A stretch of DNA of 64,000 nucleotides from an uncultured Methanosarcinales archaeon (GTDB lineage: Archaea; Nanobdellota; Nanobdellia; Woesearchaeales; GCA-2686295). This document shows, in pieces, positions 40,087 through 50,026 of this stretch (the first letter of the stretch is position 1; every line of letters begins with the position of its first letter). A model generated the notes under the pieces. That model saw nothing but the letters and a program-made list of their open reading frames with translations, made no database searches and was not told the DNA's origin. The position numbers were made by a program, and so were the translations under genes. The stretch spans positions 36,558-100,557 of the forward strand of contig CAYOEA010000002.1 of the NCBI GenBank assembly GCA_964402995.1. The letters run 5' to 3'.

Positions 40087-40548
40087 TTACAACATCTTCC
40101 TTACAAGATCATTCATTTTTTCTCCTCTGTAACCAAGAACACCGCCAACAGTAAATGGCTTTTTTGTTCCTTTTCGCTCAAAACCGCCTTTAGGAGGAGC
40201 AAGTTCAAAAAATGGTTTTAAATTACCATTTACATCTTTTTTTCCTCTAACAGATTCAAGTTCTTTTACAGTTTCATCAGATACTTCTCCGAATGTCACA
40301 TAATCTTTAATTTTTCTAAACATACCTTTAGTAGTAGGATTATTGTCTAAAACTACACAAGTATGTTTTTTTCTAAGTCTTAACATAAATAATGTTTCTT
40401 TAATATCATGTCTGATTCCAATAAGACCCCTAATTAAAATAACAGCTACTTTTGATGATTTTGCAGCTTTAGCCGGAGCAGTTTTTGTTTCTTTAACTAC
40501 AGGTTTGCTTTCGGTTTTAGTTTCTGGGGTTTTAGTTTCTTCGTTCAT
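40087..40548 (-). CDS. rpl30: 50S ribosomal protein uL30
   Basis: AVILIRG, TLFMLRL, KDYVTFGE, PPKGGF, GYRGEKMNDL. Confidence 0.95.
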   Translation of the reverse strand: MNEETKTPETKTESKPVVKETKTAPAKAAKSSKVAVILIRGLIGIRHDIKETLFMLRLRKKHTCVVLDNNPTTKGMFRKIKDYVTFGEVSDETVKELESVRGKKDVNGNLKPFFELAPPKGGFERKGTKKPFTVGGVLGYRGEKMNDLVRKML

Positions 40549-41393
40549 TTTTTATTTTCCTTGGATTTTGAATTGTTATTATTATATGTTTTTTTAACAG
40601 GTTTTCTTGTATCTTTTCTAGCTGTTTTAATAGCTCTTTTATCTTTTGGTAAACCTGAATCTTCAACAGCTGCATTTTCAAAATCTTCTTTTAATTTAGC
40701 ATTTTTATCTGTGCCACTAATCATGTAAAGTTCTGAAATATGTTTTGTTTGAAATTTAACTTTAACAAGTTGTTTTAATGCTTTTTCTAAAGCGCTAACT
40801 AAGTTAATTTTATTTTTAGTTTGACCAAAAGTTTTTGACCAAATATCTGTAATTCCTGCTAATTCAAGAATTTTTGCGCATTCTTTTTCAATAACTAAAC
40901 CAGTTCCTTTTGGAGCAGGCATAAGTTTTATGATAACGGATCCGCATTTTCCTTCAACCGCAAATGGAATTGTGTGAGGTTCGCTTGATCTTGATTCCCA
41001 AGAACCTGAACCACGAGTAATCATGAATACGTTAAGCTTTGCTTTTCTCATTGCTTTTTCTCTAGCAAGAACAGTTTCTTTAGCTTTACCACGACCAATA
41101 CCTACATGACCATTTTTATCACCAATAACTGCAAGAGTAGTAAATCTTGGTTTATTACCTTCTTTGGTTTTCTTTTGAGTTTGTCTGAAAACTCTTCTTT
41201 GTCCACCACCAAATTTACCTTTAGCTTGACCTATTAGTAATAATTCAGTTTCGTAATCTAATAAAGTATCAGTAATTTCTTGTTCAAGAATTACTTTTCC
41301 TGAATTTAAAATTTCATCAATGTTAGTGATTTCTTTAGTTTGGACTTTAACTCCAAGTTCGGTTTTTGGTATCCAAGTTTTTTCTTCTTCCAT
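40545..41393 (-). CDS. rps5: 30S ribosomal protein uS5
   Basis: WIPKTELG, GD.NGHVGIG.GK, PAPKGTGLV. Confidence 0.96.
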   Translation of the reverse strand: MEEEKTWIPKTELGVKVQTKEITNIDEILNSGKVILEQEITDTLLDYETELLLIGQAKGKFGGGQRRVFRQTQKKTKEGNKPRFTTLAVIGDKNGHVGIGRGKAKETVLAREKAMRKAKLNVFMITRGSGSWESRSSEPHTIPFAVEGKCGSVIIKLMPAPKGTGLVIEKECAKILELAGITDIWSKTFGQTKNKINLVSALEKALKQLVKVKFQTKHISELYMISGTDKNAKLKEDFENAAVEDSGLPKDKRAIKTARKDTRKPVKKTYNNNNSKSKENKK

Positions 41394-41401
41394 TTTTTCG
41401 A

Positions 41402-41887
41402 TTAAATTTTAGTTTTTATAGTTTCAAAGTCTTTTGAGACTTTTTCTGAAATATGTGAACCTGATAATCTGTCTTCAGGAGGGAAAACCACTTCTGAGAC
41501 GGGAACAGATAAACCACTGTCAACAACACCTTTTAAGACTGCATAAAGTCTTGATCCTGGAATTGATGTTTGAAGGCCTAAGTCTAAGATTGCTTTTGTA
41601 ATCTTTTTTTCTGAAGCTTTCTTTCCTAATAATAAACCAGTCAAATAAGCTGCAGGTAAACTTTTAGCTGAATGTTTCCATCCAAGTTTAGCAAGTTCTT
41701 TAGAACTGACTCCTAGGATGACTTTATCACTAGAAGGTTCGTAACTAACAATTTGTGCTGTTATGTATTTGTTGGATTTTCTAATAACTAATCTTTCAGT
41801 TCGACTTTTTAATAAAGCTAACCGCTTCTTATAATTAGTTTTACCTTCTCTTTTCCTTCTGAATGCTAATCTTGTTTTTCGGCTCAT
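41402..41887 (-). CDS. rpl18: 50S ribosomal protein uL18
   Basis: FRRKREGKTNYKKR, PAAYLTGLL, LDLGL. Confidence 0.96.
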   Translation of the reverse strand: MSRKTRLAFRRKREGKTNYKKRLALLKSRTERLVIRKSNKYITAQIVSYEPSSDKVILGVSSKELAKLGWKHSAKSLPAAYLTGLLLGKKASEKKITKAILDLGLQTSIPGSRLYAVLKGVVDSGLSVPVSEVVFPPEDRLSGSHISEKVSKDFETIKTKI

Positions 41888-42333
41888 TTTACAATTAATT
41901 TATTATCTTCTAGGTATGTTTTCAGGTGTCTTTTACTTCTGAAAAAGTTACCTTTTGCTTTTGAATAAAGCATAGTGTAAGTTTCTTTTGTGATGACGCT
42001 TTTATCTTTTAAAAGCTTAATGAATGTTCTTTGAAGTCTGATTTTGTTTATCCAAACTTGTTTTGAATTAACTCTAGCATTTTTAGTTCCTTTTCTAGTT
42101 GAGGCTCCTTTTTGAAGTCCCTTTCGTCTTTGAACTTTTCTTGCTCTTACACGTACTTTTGAAGTACCTTTAATTTGCCTGCCTTTAATTGCCTTATCAC
42201 CAACTAAACCTCTGATGTCGGTTTTCGTGATTGCTTCTTTAATATCTTCAAGTCTTTCAGGATCGAAAGATACTCTTTTCTTTGATATCTTAAGGACGCT
42301 TGCTGCAAGTTTTTTTTGAGTTTTAAGTTTCAT
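41884..42333 (-). CDS. rpl19e: 50S ribosomal protein eL19
   Basis: QKKLAA, AITKTDIR, RKGTKNAR, AKGNFF. Confidence 0.96.
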   Translation of the reverse strand: MKLKTQKKLAASVLKISKKRVSFDPERLEDIKEAITKTDIRGLVGDKAIKGRQIKGTSKVRVRARKVQRRKGLQKGASTRKGTKNARVNSKQVWINKIRLQRTFIKLLKDKSVITKETYTMLYSKAKGNFFRSKRHLKTYLEDNKLIVK

Positions 42334-42341
42334 TTTGTATC

Positions 42342-42908
42342 TTATTGTTTTTTAGTTAAAATTTTATCAAGCTTTTTTTTGTCTACATCTTCTGTTTCTT
42401 CAGTTTTTGCAGCTTCTTTTTCTTTAGCTTCTTTTTCCTTTGCTTCTTTTTCTTTTTTATCAGCTGCTGCTTTCTTTTCTTTATCTTTAACTTCTTTTTC
42501 TTTAGCAACTAATTCTTTCTTATCTTTTCTTTCTTTGAAAGAATCGTTAAGTGATTTTAATTTTTCATCTAATTTTAAATTTAATACTATGATGTTAAGT
42601 TTTTTTGCTTCTTCTAAAAGTAAAACTAGTTTTTTAGCGCCAACATTTGCCATGATAGCTCCTTGAGTTTTATTATCTAAAGCATTTAAATCTGTTATAT
42701 TATTAATCATGATAGGTAAAAGACCTTTGATAAGTCCTTTCTCATCTTTTGCACTTTGATAACCGGATTTAACAACAGGGGCATAGCCTCTTTTATTTAA
42801 TCGTCTTTTATTTTGAATACCTTTAGGTCTTCTCCATTTATCTTCTAACTTCTTCTTTTTATGTGAATCAGTTTGTACAAATTTTATTTTATTTTTTGAT
42901 GAGTTCAT
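42342..42908 (-). CDS. rpl32e: 50S ribosomal protein eL32 with a charged C-terminal extension
   Basis: KWRRPKGIQNK.R, GY; start at ATG 42908. Confidence 0.9.
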   Translation of the reverse strand: MNSSKNKIKFVQTDSHKKKKLEDKWRRPKGIQNKRRLNKRGYAPVVKSGYQSAKDEKGLIKGLLPIMINNITDLNALDNKTQGAIMANVGAKKLVLLLEEAKKLNIIVLNLKLDEKLKSLNDSFKERKDKKELVAKEKEVKDKEKKAAADKKEKEAKEKEAKEKEAAKTEETEDVDKKKLDKILTKKQ

Positions 42909-42909
42909 T

Positions 42910-43455
42910 TTATATCTTTTTACCGTCTTTTTCAGTAATGTAAATACCGTCTTGAAATATTCTTCTATCAAAACCTGGTCTTTTTGTTAATTGTTCAATT
43001 GAAGCTGCGCCTTGACCTGCTAATTCTTTATCAATACTATCAACAACAATTAGAGTACCGTCGATTTTAACATTAACGCCTTCTTTGAAAGTAAGAGTTC
43101 TAGGAACTTTTTCTCCAATGAAGTTTTTAATTTCAATAACTTTTCCTTTTAATACTACAGTCATTGGAAAATGACCTGAACAAATTTTAAGTTTGTAAAC
43201 GTGACCTTCTGTTACACCTTTGAAAGTGTTTGCAATATGAGCTTTAAAAGTATTAGTTAACTTTTTTGACTTCTTAGTTAATTTCTTTGAAGTTAATTTA
43301 ATTGTTGATCCTTCTTTTGAAATAGTGATGATAGGACTAAACAAATTCTTTTTAACTTCGCCTTTTTGACCTTTAACTGAAATCATTCCTTTTTCTGATG
43401 AAAAATCAATTCCTTCAGGCAAATCCAAAGTTTCCACATATTGTTCTTGTGCCAT
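42910..43455 (-). CDS. rpl6: 50S ribosomal protein uL6
   Basis: GVTEG, HFPM, NFIGEK, DRRIFQDGIYI. Confidence 0.96.
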   Translation of the reverse strand: MAQEQYVETLDLPEGIDFSSEKGMISVKGQKGEVKKNLFSPIITISKEGSTIKLTSKKLTKKSKKLTNTFKAHIANTFKGVTEGHVYKLKICSGHFPMTVVLKGKVIEIKNFIGEKVPRTLTFKEGVNVKIDGTLIVVDSIDKELAGQGAASIEQLTKRPGFDRRIFQDGIYITEKDGKKI

Positions 43456-43456
43456 C

Positions 43457-43849
43457 TTAATAACAGTAAGCGTAGAGCTTTCCTCCAAGCTTCTTTTCTT
43501 TAGCTTCCTTGTGAGTCATTAGTCCTTGGTTTGTTGAAATAACAATGAACCCAAAGTCTTTTGCTGGAAGATATCTTTTTTCAAATTTTTCATAATCTGG
43601 AAGTTTGATTTGATAATAAGGTCTTATTACATTTGTTTTGTTGATTTTCCCACAAAGTGAAATTTTTAATTCATTTCCGCTGCTTGTAGGTACTTCTTCA
43701 AAATCAGCAATATAACCTTCGTTTTTCATAATAGTTAAAATTTCACGAATTAGTTTTGAATTGTTATTAGTAACAACTACTTTTTTACCTAATTGTTCAT
43801 AGTTTTGAATGAACGATAATACATTTGCTAGTGGATTGTTTAAACTCAT
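43457..43849 (-). CDS. rps8: 30S ribosomal protein uS8
   Basis: PLAN, YLPAKDFG, STNQGLMTH.EA, GGKL.AYCY. Confidence 0.96.
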   Translation of the reverse strand: MSLNNPLANVLSFIQNYEQLGKKVVVTNNNSKLIREILTIMKNEGYIADFEEVPTSSGNELKISLCGKINKTNVIRPYYQIKLPDYEKFEKRYLPAKDFGFIVISTNQGLMTHKEAKEKKLGGKLYAYCY

Positions 43850-43859
43850 TTTTGCACCT

Positions 43860-44087
43860 TTAACTAAATTTCTTGAATCCTAGCTCTAAAGCCACGTCTC
43901 TGAAACACTGTCTACATAAATTAAGACCATATTTTGATATGTGAGCACCAGTTCGCCCGCATCGTCTACATTTCTTAGTTAATTTTCCAAATTTTCTATC
44001 TTTAGGAAGATTATGTTTTTTGAACTTAATTCCTTTAGATTTATGTTCAATTTGTTTTAATACTTTGTTTGCATCTGATGTGGTCAT
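43860..44087 (-). CDS. rps14: 30S ribosomal protein uS14 (Zn-type)
   Basis: CRRCGR...[14 protein letters not shown]...LGFKK. Confidence 0.96.
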   Translation of the reverse strand: MTTSDANKVLKQIEHKSKGIKFKKHNLPKDRKFGKLTKKCRRCGRTGAHISKYGLNLCRQCFRDVALELGFKKFS

Positions 44088-44599
44088 TGTTGTTCACCTA
44101 TTGAAATCTTAAATTCTTTTTGAAGAAACTCTGTTGCATCTTCTTGTGAAATTCTATGATTTTTTGCGATTTTAGTTTTCAAAAGTTTTCTTTTTTTAAT
44201 TCTAAAACCAGGTCTTCCTAAAGTAACACTAGTTTGAAGTCCAATAATACCAATATCTGGATCATATTTTGCTTCTGGAATGTCAATATATTCGTGAATA
44301 CCAAATGAAATGTTTCCTGAGTTATCAACACAGCTAGTTGAAAGTTTATTTTCTTTAGCTTTCAAAAGTCTAACTAAAAGTTTTTTAGCAGCATCTCTTC
44401 TGAGTGTGATTTTACAACCAATAGGAAGATTAGGTCTTAAACCCCAGCCAGCAATTCTCTTTTGAGTAATTGTTCTTACAGGTGTAATTCCAGTAATACT
44501 CTTAAGAAGTTTTTCAGCTTTCCTAAGTTTATTCTGATCTTTACCTGCACCTATGTTTAAGGTTACTTTCTCTATCCGAATTTCTTTCATTGAATTCAT
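44084..44599 (-). CDS. rpl5: 50S ribosomal protein uL5
   Basis: [39 protein letters not shown]. Confidence 0.96.
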   Translation of the reverse strand: MNSMKEIRIEKVTLNIGAGKDQNKLRKAEKLLKSITGITPVRTITQKRIAGWGLRPNLPIGCKITLRRDAAKKLLVRLLKAKENKLSTSCVDNSGNISFGIHEYIDIPEAKYDPDIGIIGLQTSVTLGRPGFRIKKRKLLKTKIAKNHRISQEDATEFLQKEFKISIGEQQ

Positions 44600-45285
44600 T
44601 TTACATTAATAATTGGTTTATCTTTTCCAATAACAAAAGCATAATTTTTCTTAGTTTCGAATTCTTCGTTTTCAACTTTAAATTTCAAAGTTAAACCATC
44701 AATTTCTACAACTTCTGCGATTTTCCCTACGTGTGATCCTTTAAACAAGATTACAGTAGCGCCTTTCTCAAAAGTTAAAACTTCTTTTATTTCTTGTTTT
44801 GGAATTGAAAATACCAAAGTATCTCCTGTTTTGTAAGCGTTTTTCTTAACGATTATAGTTCTACCATCAAGTGTTAATAATTGAATTTTATCTTTACCGA
44901 TGATTTTTTTGTTAACTAACTTTGAAAGTTTAAATTCTGACTCTTTTTCTGAAAGAGGATGAATAAATAACTTATTTTGTTTATTAACGAGGATTGTGTA
45001 ATGTTCTTTTTCTAACGGAATTGATAAAACATCAAAAATGCCAACTGGGTATCTGTAATCCTTTCTTCTTTTTCCATTAACTAAAATTTCTTGATCATGA
45101 AGTACTTTTTTAGCTTCTTTGTTAGTATTTGCCTTTCCAAGTAAATCTCTTAATACTACATTTATAGGAATTGACAAATCTTGTGAATGTGCACCTGGGT
45201 TTGGTCTTGTAGTAAAAACTACATTTTTTCTTTTAATTGGCCAGGTTCTTGGCGCGTTTTGTGCTTTTAAGTGATTCTTTGGCAT
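44596..45285 (-). CDS. rps4e: 30S ribosomal protein eS4
   Basis: HLK..NAP.TW.I.RK, PGAH, PVGIFDV, GSHVG. Confidence 0.96.
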   Translation of the reverse strand: MPKNHLKAQNAPRTWPIKRKNVVFTTRPNPGAHSQDLSIPINVVLRDLLGKANTNKEAKKVLHDQEILVNGKRRKDYRYPVGIFDVLSIPLEKEHYTILVNKQNKLFIHPLSEKESEFKLSKLVNKKIIGKDKIQLLTLDGRTIIVKKNAYKTGDTLVFSIPKQEIKEVLTFEKGATVILFKGSHVGKIAEVVEIDGLTLKFKVENEEFETKKNYAFVIGKDKPIINVK

Positions 45286-45752
45286 TATTGTTCACCTTTT
45301 TTATCGTTTGAATTGTCAGTTTTTTCTTTTTCGTTCAAAACTTTAGTTTTTGGCACATCAGAATCGTTTGCTTCTGGACCTTTTAGTTTTTGAACTCTTT
45401 TTTTATCATCAAGATTTAATGATGTGATCATCAAGTTTGAAGGAGTAAATGCGATTTTAGCTTTTGAACCGTCTTTTTTAGTTAATTCAACTTTTTCAAG
45501 ATAAACTTTACATCTTTTTGTGTCGACTGATTCAACTTTTTGTTCGTCACCCTTTCGACTTCCAACCATAATTTTAACTTTATCGCCAGTTCTAACTCTA
45601 ACTGAACGAGTGTTGTGTTTTTTTCTAAGTTCGGCTGATAAATGAACTGAAAGAAAGTTGCCCTTTATATGAAGTGGAGCATTAAATACATACTTTCTTT
45701 GTTTACGAGCTTGAACGCTGCTATTCCATGTCTTTGAAAATTTGCTTTTCAT
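45285..45752 (-). CDS. rpl24: 50S ribosomal protein uL24
   Basis: RKQRK...NAPLH, VRTGDKVKIMVG, PSNLMI. Confidence 0.96.
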   Translation of the reverse strand: MKSKFSKTWNSSVQARKQRKYVFNAPLHIKGNFLSVHLSAELRKKHNTRSVRVRTGDKVKIMVGSRKGDEQKVESVDTKRCKVYLEKVELTKKDGSKAKIAFTPSNLMITSLNLDDKKRVQKLKGPEANDSDVPKTKVLNEKEKTDNSNDKKGEQ

Positions 45753-45753
45753 T

Positions 45754-46155
45754 TTATACTATGATGCTTGCAATCTTTGATATACCAGGCCATCGCTCGC
45801 AAGCTTCTTTTGCAATTGGTCCTTTGAAAATTGTACCTTTTGGATTTCCTTTGACATCCTTAAGTACAACTGCTGCATTATCTTCATATTTAATTCGAGT
45901 ACCATCAGGTCTTCTATACTCTTTTCTTTGTCTAACAATAACTGCGAATACAACTTGTTTTCTCATATCTGGTTTACCTTTTTTAACAGCTGCTTGAACA
46001 AGCATGCCAACTCCTGCGTTAGGAATTCTTCCTTTAACAGATTTTGACCATTTAACACTGATAATTTTTAGTAATTTAGCACCGGAGTTATCACATGTAT
46101 CTACAAATGAGCCTACGTTTAATCCGTTAGTTATACTAGCTTTTATTGGTTTCAT
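45754..46155 (-). CDS. rpl14: 50S ribosomal protein uL14
   Basis: DNSGAK, AVIVRQRK.YRRPDG..I.YEDNA, GPIAKEA. Confidence 0.97.
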   Translation of the reverse strand: MKPIKASITNGLNVGSFVDTCDNSGAKLLKIISVKWSKSVKGRIPNAGVGMLVQAAVKKGKPDMRKQVVFAVIVRQRKEYRRPDGTRIKYEDNAAVVLKDVKGNPKGTIFKGPIAKEACERWPGISKIASIIV

Positions 46156-46433
46156 TTTTCTTCTTCTTTTCTTTTGATTATTTCTGTAACAATGAAATTT
46201 TTAGTTTTTGAAAGAGGTCTTGTTTCCATAACTCTAACAAAGTCGCCTTCTTTAGCGTTAATTTCATCAGGATTATGAGCTTTGATTTTTGTTTGTCTTT
46301 TCTCGTATCTTTCGTACTTAGGAACAAATCTTTTTCGACCCCATAAGATTGAGACTGTTTTTCTCATTTTATCAGAGACCACAGTACCTTCGAATGTTCT
46401 GCCTCTTGTACTTATGTTTTTGTTATCTTTCAT
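46152..46433 (-). CDS. rps17: 30S ribosomal protein uS17
   Basis: RGRTFEGTVVSDKM.KT, KYERYEKR, ETRPLSKTK.F. Confidence 0.96.
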   Translation of the reverse strand: MKDNKNISTRGRTFEGTVVSDKMRKTVSILWGRKRFVPKYERYEKRQTKIKAHNPDEINAKEGDFVRVMETRPLSKTKNFIVTEIIKRKEEEK

Positions 46434-46434
46434 T

Positions 46435-46677
46435 TTATACCTTCATTTTTATCCGATCAATCGGACGTTTCATGATTTTGTTGCCTTGAATTTCGACATC
46501 ATTAATTTTAAATGTTGAAATGTTTTTGAGGATAATTTTGATTTCATCCTTGATTTTGATTTTGAATGTGCTCTTGGTTTCATCAACGATTAAACCTTTG
46601 AATCCCTCAAGCGATTTGTTTTTGCTTTCGATGATTTCTAATGTTTCTCCGATGAACTCTTCCTTGAGTATCTTCAT
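46435..46677 (-). CDS. rnp1: ribonuclease P protein subunit Rpp29 (component 1)
   Basis: EFIG..LEI, G.IVDETK.TF, G..I..RP.DR; conserved operon position. Confidence 0.9.
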   Translation of the reverse strand: MKILKEEFIGETLEIIESKNKSLEGFKGLIVDETKSTFKIKIKDEIKIILKNISTFKINDVEIQGNKIMKRPIDRIKMKV

Positions 46678-46991
46678 CTGCCTTTTCTGACCTCGATTGT
46701 GTCGGAAACAAATCCCAACAAAGTCAATTCGTTTTTAATAGCTTTCAAATGATCACCTTGAAGTTCGATATTTCCGCCTTTTGCTGTTCCGCCACAAGCG
46801 AACTTATTTTTTAGCTTTTTTGCCAAATCTTTCATATCAATTTCGTGTTCATTAATGCCTTCGATAAGAGTATACTTCTTACCAAACTTTTTTTTTATTG
46901 TTTTAACCAGGATTTTCTGACTTTCCTTAGCAAGGTCTTCAAATGAAACTAAGTCCTTTGGTAAGCCTGTTACTGGATCTATATCACTCAT
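46674..46991 (-). CDS. translation initiation factor aIF1 (SUI1)
   Basis: D..TGLP.DL, LK.KFACGGTAK, IELQGDH. Confidence 0.93.
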   Translation of the reverse strand: MSDIDPVTGLPKDLVSFEDLAKESQKILVKTIKKKFGKKYTLIEGINEHEIDMKDLAKKLKNKFACGGTAKGGNIELQGDHLKAIKNELTLLGFVSDTIEVRKGR

Positions 46992-47172
46992 TTTGTTTTT
47001 GAAGTGTTTTTATCTTTGCGATAGTTTTTTTAAACTGTTTAACTTGACTTGGATTTTTAATATTAGTACCAGTTGCTATTTGTGAGTTTAACTTAATTAA
47101 TTCAAGTTTTGCATCTTGAAGTTTTTTTTCAAGTTGATCTGCAGTCAATCCAGCTAATTCTTTGTACTTCAT
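46984..47172 (-). CDS. rpl29: 50S ribosomal protein uL29
   Basis: 62 aa, L..L..ELI.L......G...NP...K..KK.IA.IKT; operon position. Confidence 0.93.
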   Translation of the reverse strand: MKYKELAGLTADQLEKKLQDAKLELIKLNSQIATGTNIKNPSQVKQFKKTIAKIKTLQKQNE

Positions 47173-48041
47173 TTTTTCTCTTTATTTTCGTCTTCTTTTG
47201 AAGCTTCTTGAGTTTTCAGGGGTTTTTCCTTTGACTCAACTTTGTCTTCTTTAACATCTTCTACAGTTTTAACTTGTTTTTTAGTTTCCTTAACTATTTC
47301 TGATTTTGATTCTGATTTTTTTTCAGTTTTAGTTGTTGTTTTAGTTGAAGTTTCTTTAGTTACTTCTGTTTTAGCTTTAGTTTTAATTTCTTCAGTGATA
47401 ACTTCTGCTTCTGAACCTTTAACTTCTTCAATAACTTCTGTTACTTGTGGTAAAAGTGTAATTTTATCAGGAAGTTTGATTGTTCCAGGCATAATACTTA
47501 CCTTAATACCAACAATTCCAGTTTTTAATTTTGCAACAGCGTATGCTTTTAATACACCTGAGACTGCAATATCCCCGCATTTTTTCAAATAACCTTGATA
47601 AAATCTCCATGTTTTTGCTCTGCTGCTAGGAATTTTTCCTGAAATAAGTATTTCAACACCATAAGCTCCAGCTGCAATAACTGTTGACATTGATTTATGA
47701 CCTACACCTTTGAATCTTTGGGAACCAAATCTTTCAAGTGAGCCAGCAATCATTTCAGCAATAATATTTGCATCAAGACCGATGTCTTTTACTTCTTCAA
47801 TTTCAATTTGTGGATTTTCAAGTTTAAACTCTTTTTTAAGAGCTGTAGTAATTTTTGCAATGTTTGATCCTGATCTACCAACAACAAGACCTGGTCTTGA
47901 AGTAGCAATGTGAATTTTCTCGCCAAGAGGAGTTTTTTGAACTTTAACGTCACTTAGACCTACACGTCCAACAATTTGTTTAATGAACTCTTTAATTTGA
48001 AATTCTTTTACATTATTTGCAACAAATTTACGTTCAATCAT
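47169..48041 (-). CDS. rps3: 30S ribosomal protein uS3 with a long Lys/Glu/Thr tail
   Basis: KTPLG, RPGLVVGRSG, GA.GVEI.ISGK, G..GIKVSIM. Confidence 0.96.
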   Translation of the reverse strand: MIERKFVANNVKEFQIKEFIKQIVGRVGLSDVKVQKTPLGEKIHIATSRPGLVVGRSGSNIAKITTALKKEFKLENPQIEIEEVKDIGLDANIIAEMIAGSLERFGSQRFKGVGHKSMSTVIAAGAYGVEILISGKIPSSRAKTWRFYQGYLKKCGDIAVSGVLKAYAVAKLKTGIVGIKVSIMPGTIKLPDKITLLPQVTEVIEEVKGSEAEVITEEIKTKAKTEVTKETSTKTTTKTEKKSESKSEIVKETKKQVKTVEDVKEDKVESKEKPLKTQEASKEDENKEKK

Positions 48042-48679
48042 TTTGTATCTACCTTAGGTTGAGCTGTTTCGGTTGTTTCTTTAACTTCAGCTTTGCTTTC
48101 AGTTTTAGTTTCAACTTTAACTTCTTCTTTAACAACAGGTTTTGTTTCTGTTTCTGTCTCAACTGCCTTTTTAGGCTCTTGTTTTTTTGGAGTGGATTCA
48201 TTCAAAGGTTTTGCCTTTGGTGTAACAGTAGCTTTGCTACTTTTTGTTTTGATAATCTCTTGAACTACTAATTCAACATGAGTTCTTTTCATAGCTCTTC
48301 TTCTTTGACGTCCCATGTGCCAAGGTGTTGAAGCCCTTTGAGCAGATATGTGAACAATCTTTAAGCTTGATCCTAAACCTTTGTCTGTAGCATTTGATTC
48401 TGCTGATTCAATTAATTTAAGTAAGTAAGTTGATGTTTTCACTGGAAACTTACCAGGACCTATTCCTGTTTTGTGCCCTGCACCATCTGTGAATCTAGTG
48501 TATGCAACAGCTCTTGTTTCTTCTTTAACTTCTGAAAGGAATCTTTTAGCAAAAGTAACTGATCTATTTCTTAGTTTTGCACAAACTTCAATTGCTTGTT
48601 TAGTTGAAAATGGTCCTTCAACTATAACTGCTCGAGCTGCGTTTTCTAAACTTCCTTGATATGAATATTTATAAGCCAT
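48038..48679 (-). CDS. rpl22: 50S ribosomal protein uL22 with a C-terminal extension
   Basis: S.KQA.EVC, GKFPVK, AESNA..KGL, THVELVV. Confidence 0.95.
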   Translation of the reverse strand: MAYKYSYQGSLENAARAVIVEGPFSTKQAIEVCAKLRNRSVTFAKRFLSEVKEETRAVAYTRFTDGAGHKTGIGPGKFPVKTSTYLLKLIESAESNATDKGLGSSLKIVHISAQRASTPWHMGRQRRRAMKRTHVELVVQEIIKTKSSKATVTPKAKPLNESTPKKQEPKKAVETETETKPVVKEEVKVETKTESKAEVKETTETAQPKVDTK

Positions 48680-48681
48680 TT

Positions 48682-49059
48682 TTATCTAACTGACATAGCC
48701 GAACTTGATCTTGTTGCACCAACTCCAGGTGCGCTATGTTTTGAATGTTTTCTTGTAAGTGAAAATTCACCTAATCGGTGTCCGATCATGTCTTCTTGCA
48801 TTAAAATTGGGATAAATTCTTTACCATTATGAATTAAGATTGTTTTTCCAATCATAGTGGGTAAAACAATTATAGTTCTAAGGTGTGTTTTAACTCTGTC
48901 TTTTTCTTGAATTTTATTCATGAATTTTTTCTCTTCATCAGTAAATCCACGTTTAATTTTTCTTCTTGCATCTACAGGGAATAATCCAGCTAACTCATTA
49001 AGTGAAAGTAGTTTAAGTTCCTCAACTGTTTTTCCTCGATAAAAAAATTCTTTTGCCAT
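48682..49059 (-). CDS. rps19: 30S ribosomal protein uS19
   Basis: FYRGK, KTHLR, HNGKEF, MIGHRLGEFSLTRK, PGVGATRSS. Confidence 0.97.
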   Translation of the reverse strand: MAKEFFYRGKTVEELKLLSLNELAGLFPVDARRKIKRGFTDEEKKFMNKIQEKDRVKTHLRTIIVLPTMIGKTILIHNGKEFIPILMQEDMIGHRLGEFSLTRKHSKHSAPGVGATRSSSAMSVR

Positions 49060-49068
49060 TCAATTCAC

Positions 49069-49770
49069 CTATCTATTTCTTCCTGTATGTCGTGGTCTAA
49101 TCATACCAACCTTTCTTCCAGGTGGCGCATTTCTTGGAGCGATAGTTGGTCTTCCTTTTCTTGAAGATCTTGCTCCTCCTAATGGATGATCGACTGCATT
49201 CATTGAAGCTGCTGAAACAATTGGCCAGTATTTGCCTTTTGCTTTCATTGCTTTAAATTTGATACCTGCTTTCATGAAAGGTTTGTCAACTCTTCCTGAA
49301 CCAGCAATTACACCGACTGTTGCGAAACAATCAGGGTTTACTTCCTTTTGTTTTCCTGAAGGAAGTTTAATTATGACTCTTGATTTTGTTTTTGATAATA
49401 ATCTTGCAGTTGTACCTGAAGATCTAACAAGTTTTCCACCATCTCCTGGTTTAAGTTCAATATTAAATATTGGAGCTCCTGGGGGAATTTTTGATAAAGG
49501 TAAAATGTTTCCTGCTTTAATAGTAACTTCAGGACCTTTTTCTAATACATCACCAACTTTAATTCCTTCTGCTGCAACAAGTAAGTTTTCTTTCTTATCT
49601 GTATATTTAATTACTGCTAAAGGTGCTGTGTGACCTGTTGAGTTAATAATATCTATAACTGTGCCTTTATTTGATTTTAAGTTTGAAACTTCGCCCGCAT
49701 ATCTAAAACTAGATACTTTGTAAGTTGGACTTCCTTTTCCACGTTTTTGTTGAGTTAAGCTTTTTCCCAT
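49069..49770 (-). CDS. rpl2: 50S ribosomal protein uL2
   Basis: MGK...Q.RGKG, PGDGGKLVRSSG, MNAVDHP.GG, PPGRKVG. Confidence 0.97.
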   Translation of the reverse strand: MGKSLTQQKRGKGSPTYKVSSFRYAGEVSNLKSNKGTVIDIINSTGHTAPLAVIKYTDKKENLLVAAEGIKVGDVLEKGPEVTIKAGNILPLSKIPPGAPIFNIELKPGDGGKLVRSSGTTARLLSKTKSRVIIKLPSGKQKEVNPDCFATVGVIAGSGRVDKPFMKAGIKFKAMKAKGKYWPIVSAASMNAVDHPLGGARSSRKGRPTIAPRNAPPGRKVGMIRPRHTGRNR

Positions 49771-49777
49771 TTTATAA

Positions 49778-50026
49778 TCACATTAATCCTAATTTTGTTG
49801 CTAAATCAATAGCAGGTGTTTCATCTGAAAATTTAACATAAGCTTTTTTCTTACCTTGAGGTAAAATTGTTGTGTTAATTTTGATAACTTTAACTTTGAA
49901 AAGAGTTTCAAGTTCTTCTTTAATTTCAGGTTTTTTTGCTTTTCTATCAACAATGAATACTAGCTTGTTCTCAGATTCCATTAATCTGATAGATTTTTCT
50001 GTTGATAAAGGATATTTTACTTTCAT
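49778..50026 (-). CDS. rpl23: 50S ribosomal protein uL23
   Basis: P..TEK, N.LVFIV, KKAYVK, A..LATKLG. Confidence 0.96.
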   Translation of the reverse strand: MKVKYPLSTEKSIRLMESENKLVFIVDRKAKKPEIKEELETLFKVKVIKINTTILPQGKKKAYVKFSDETPAIDLATKLGLM

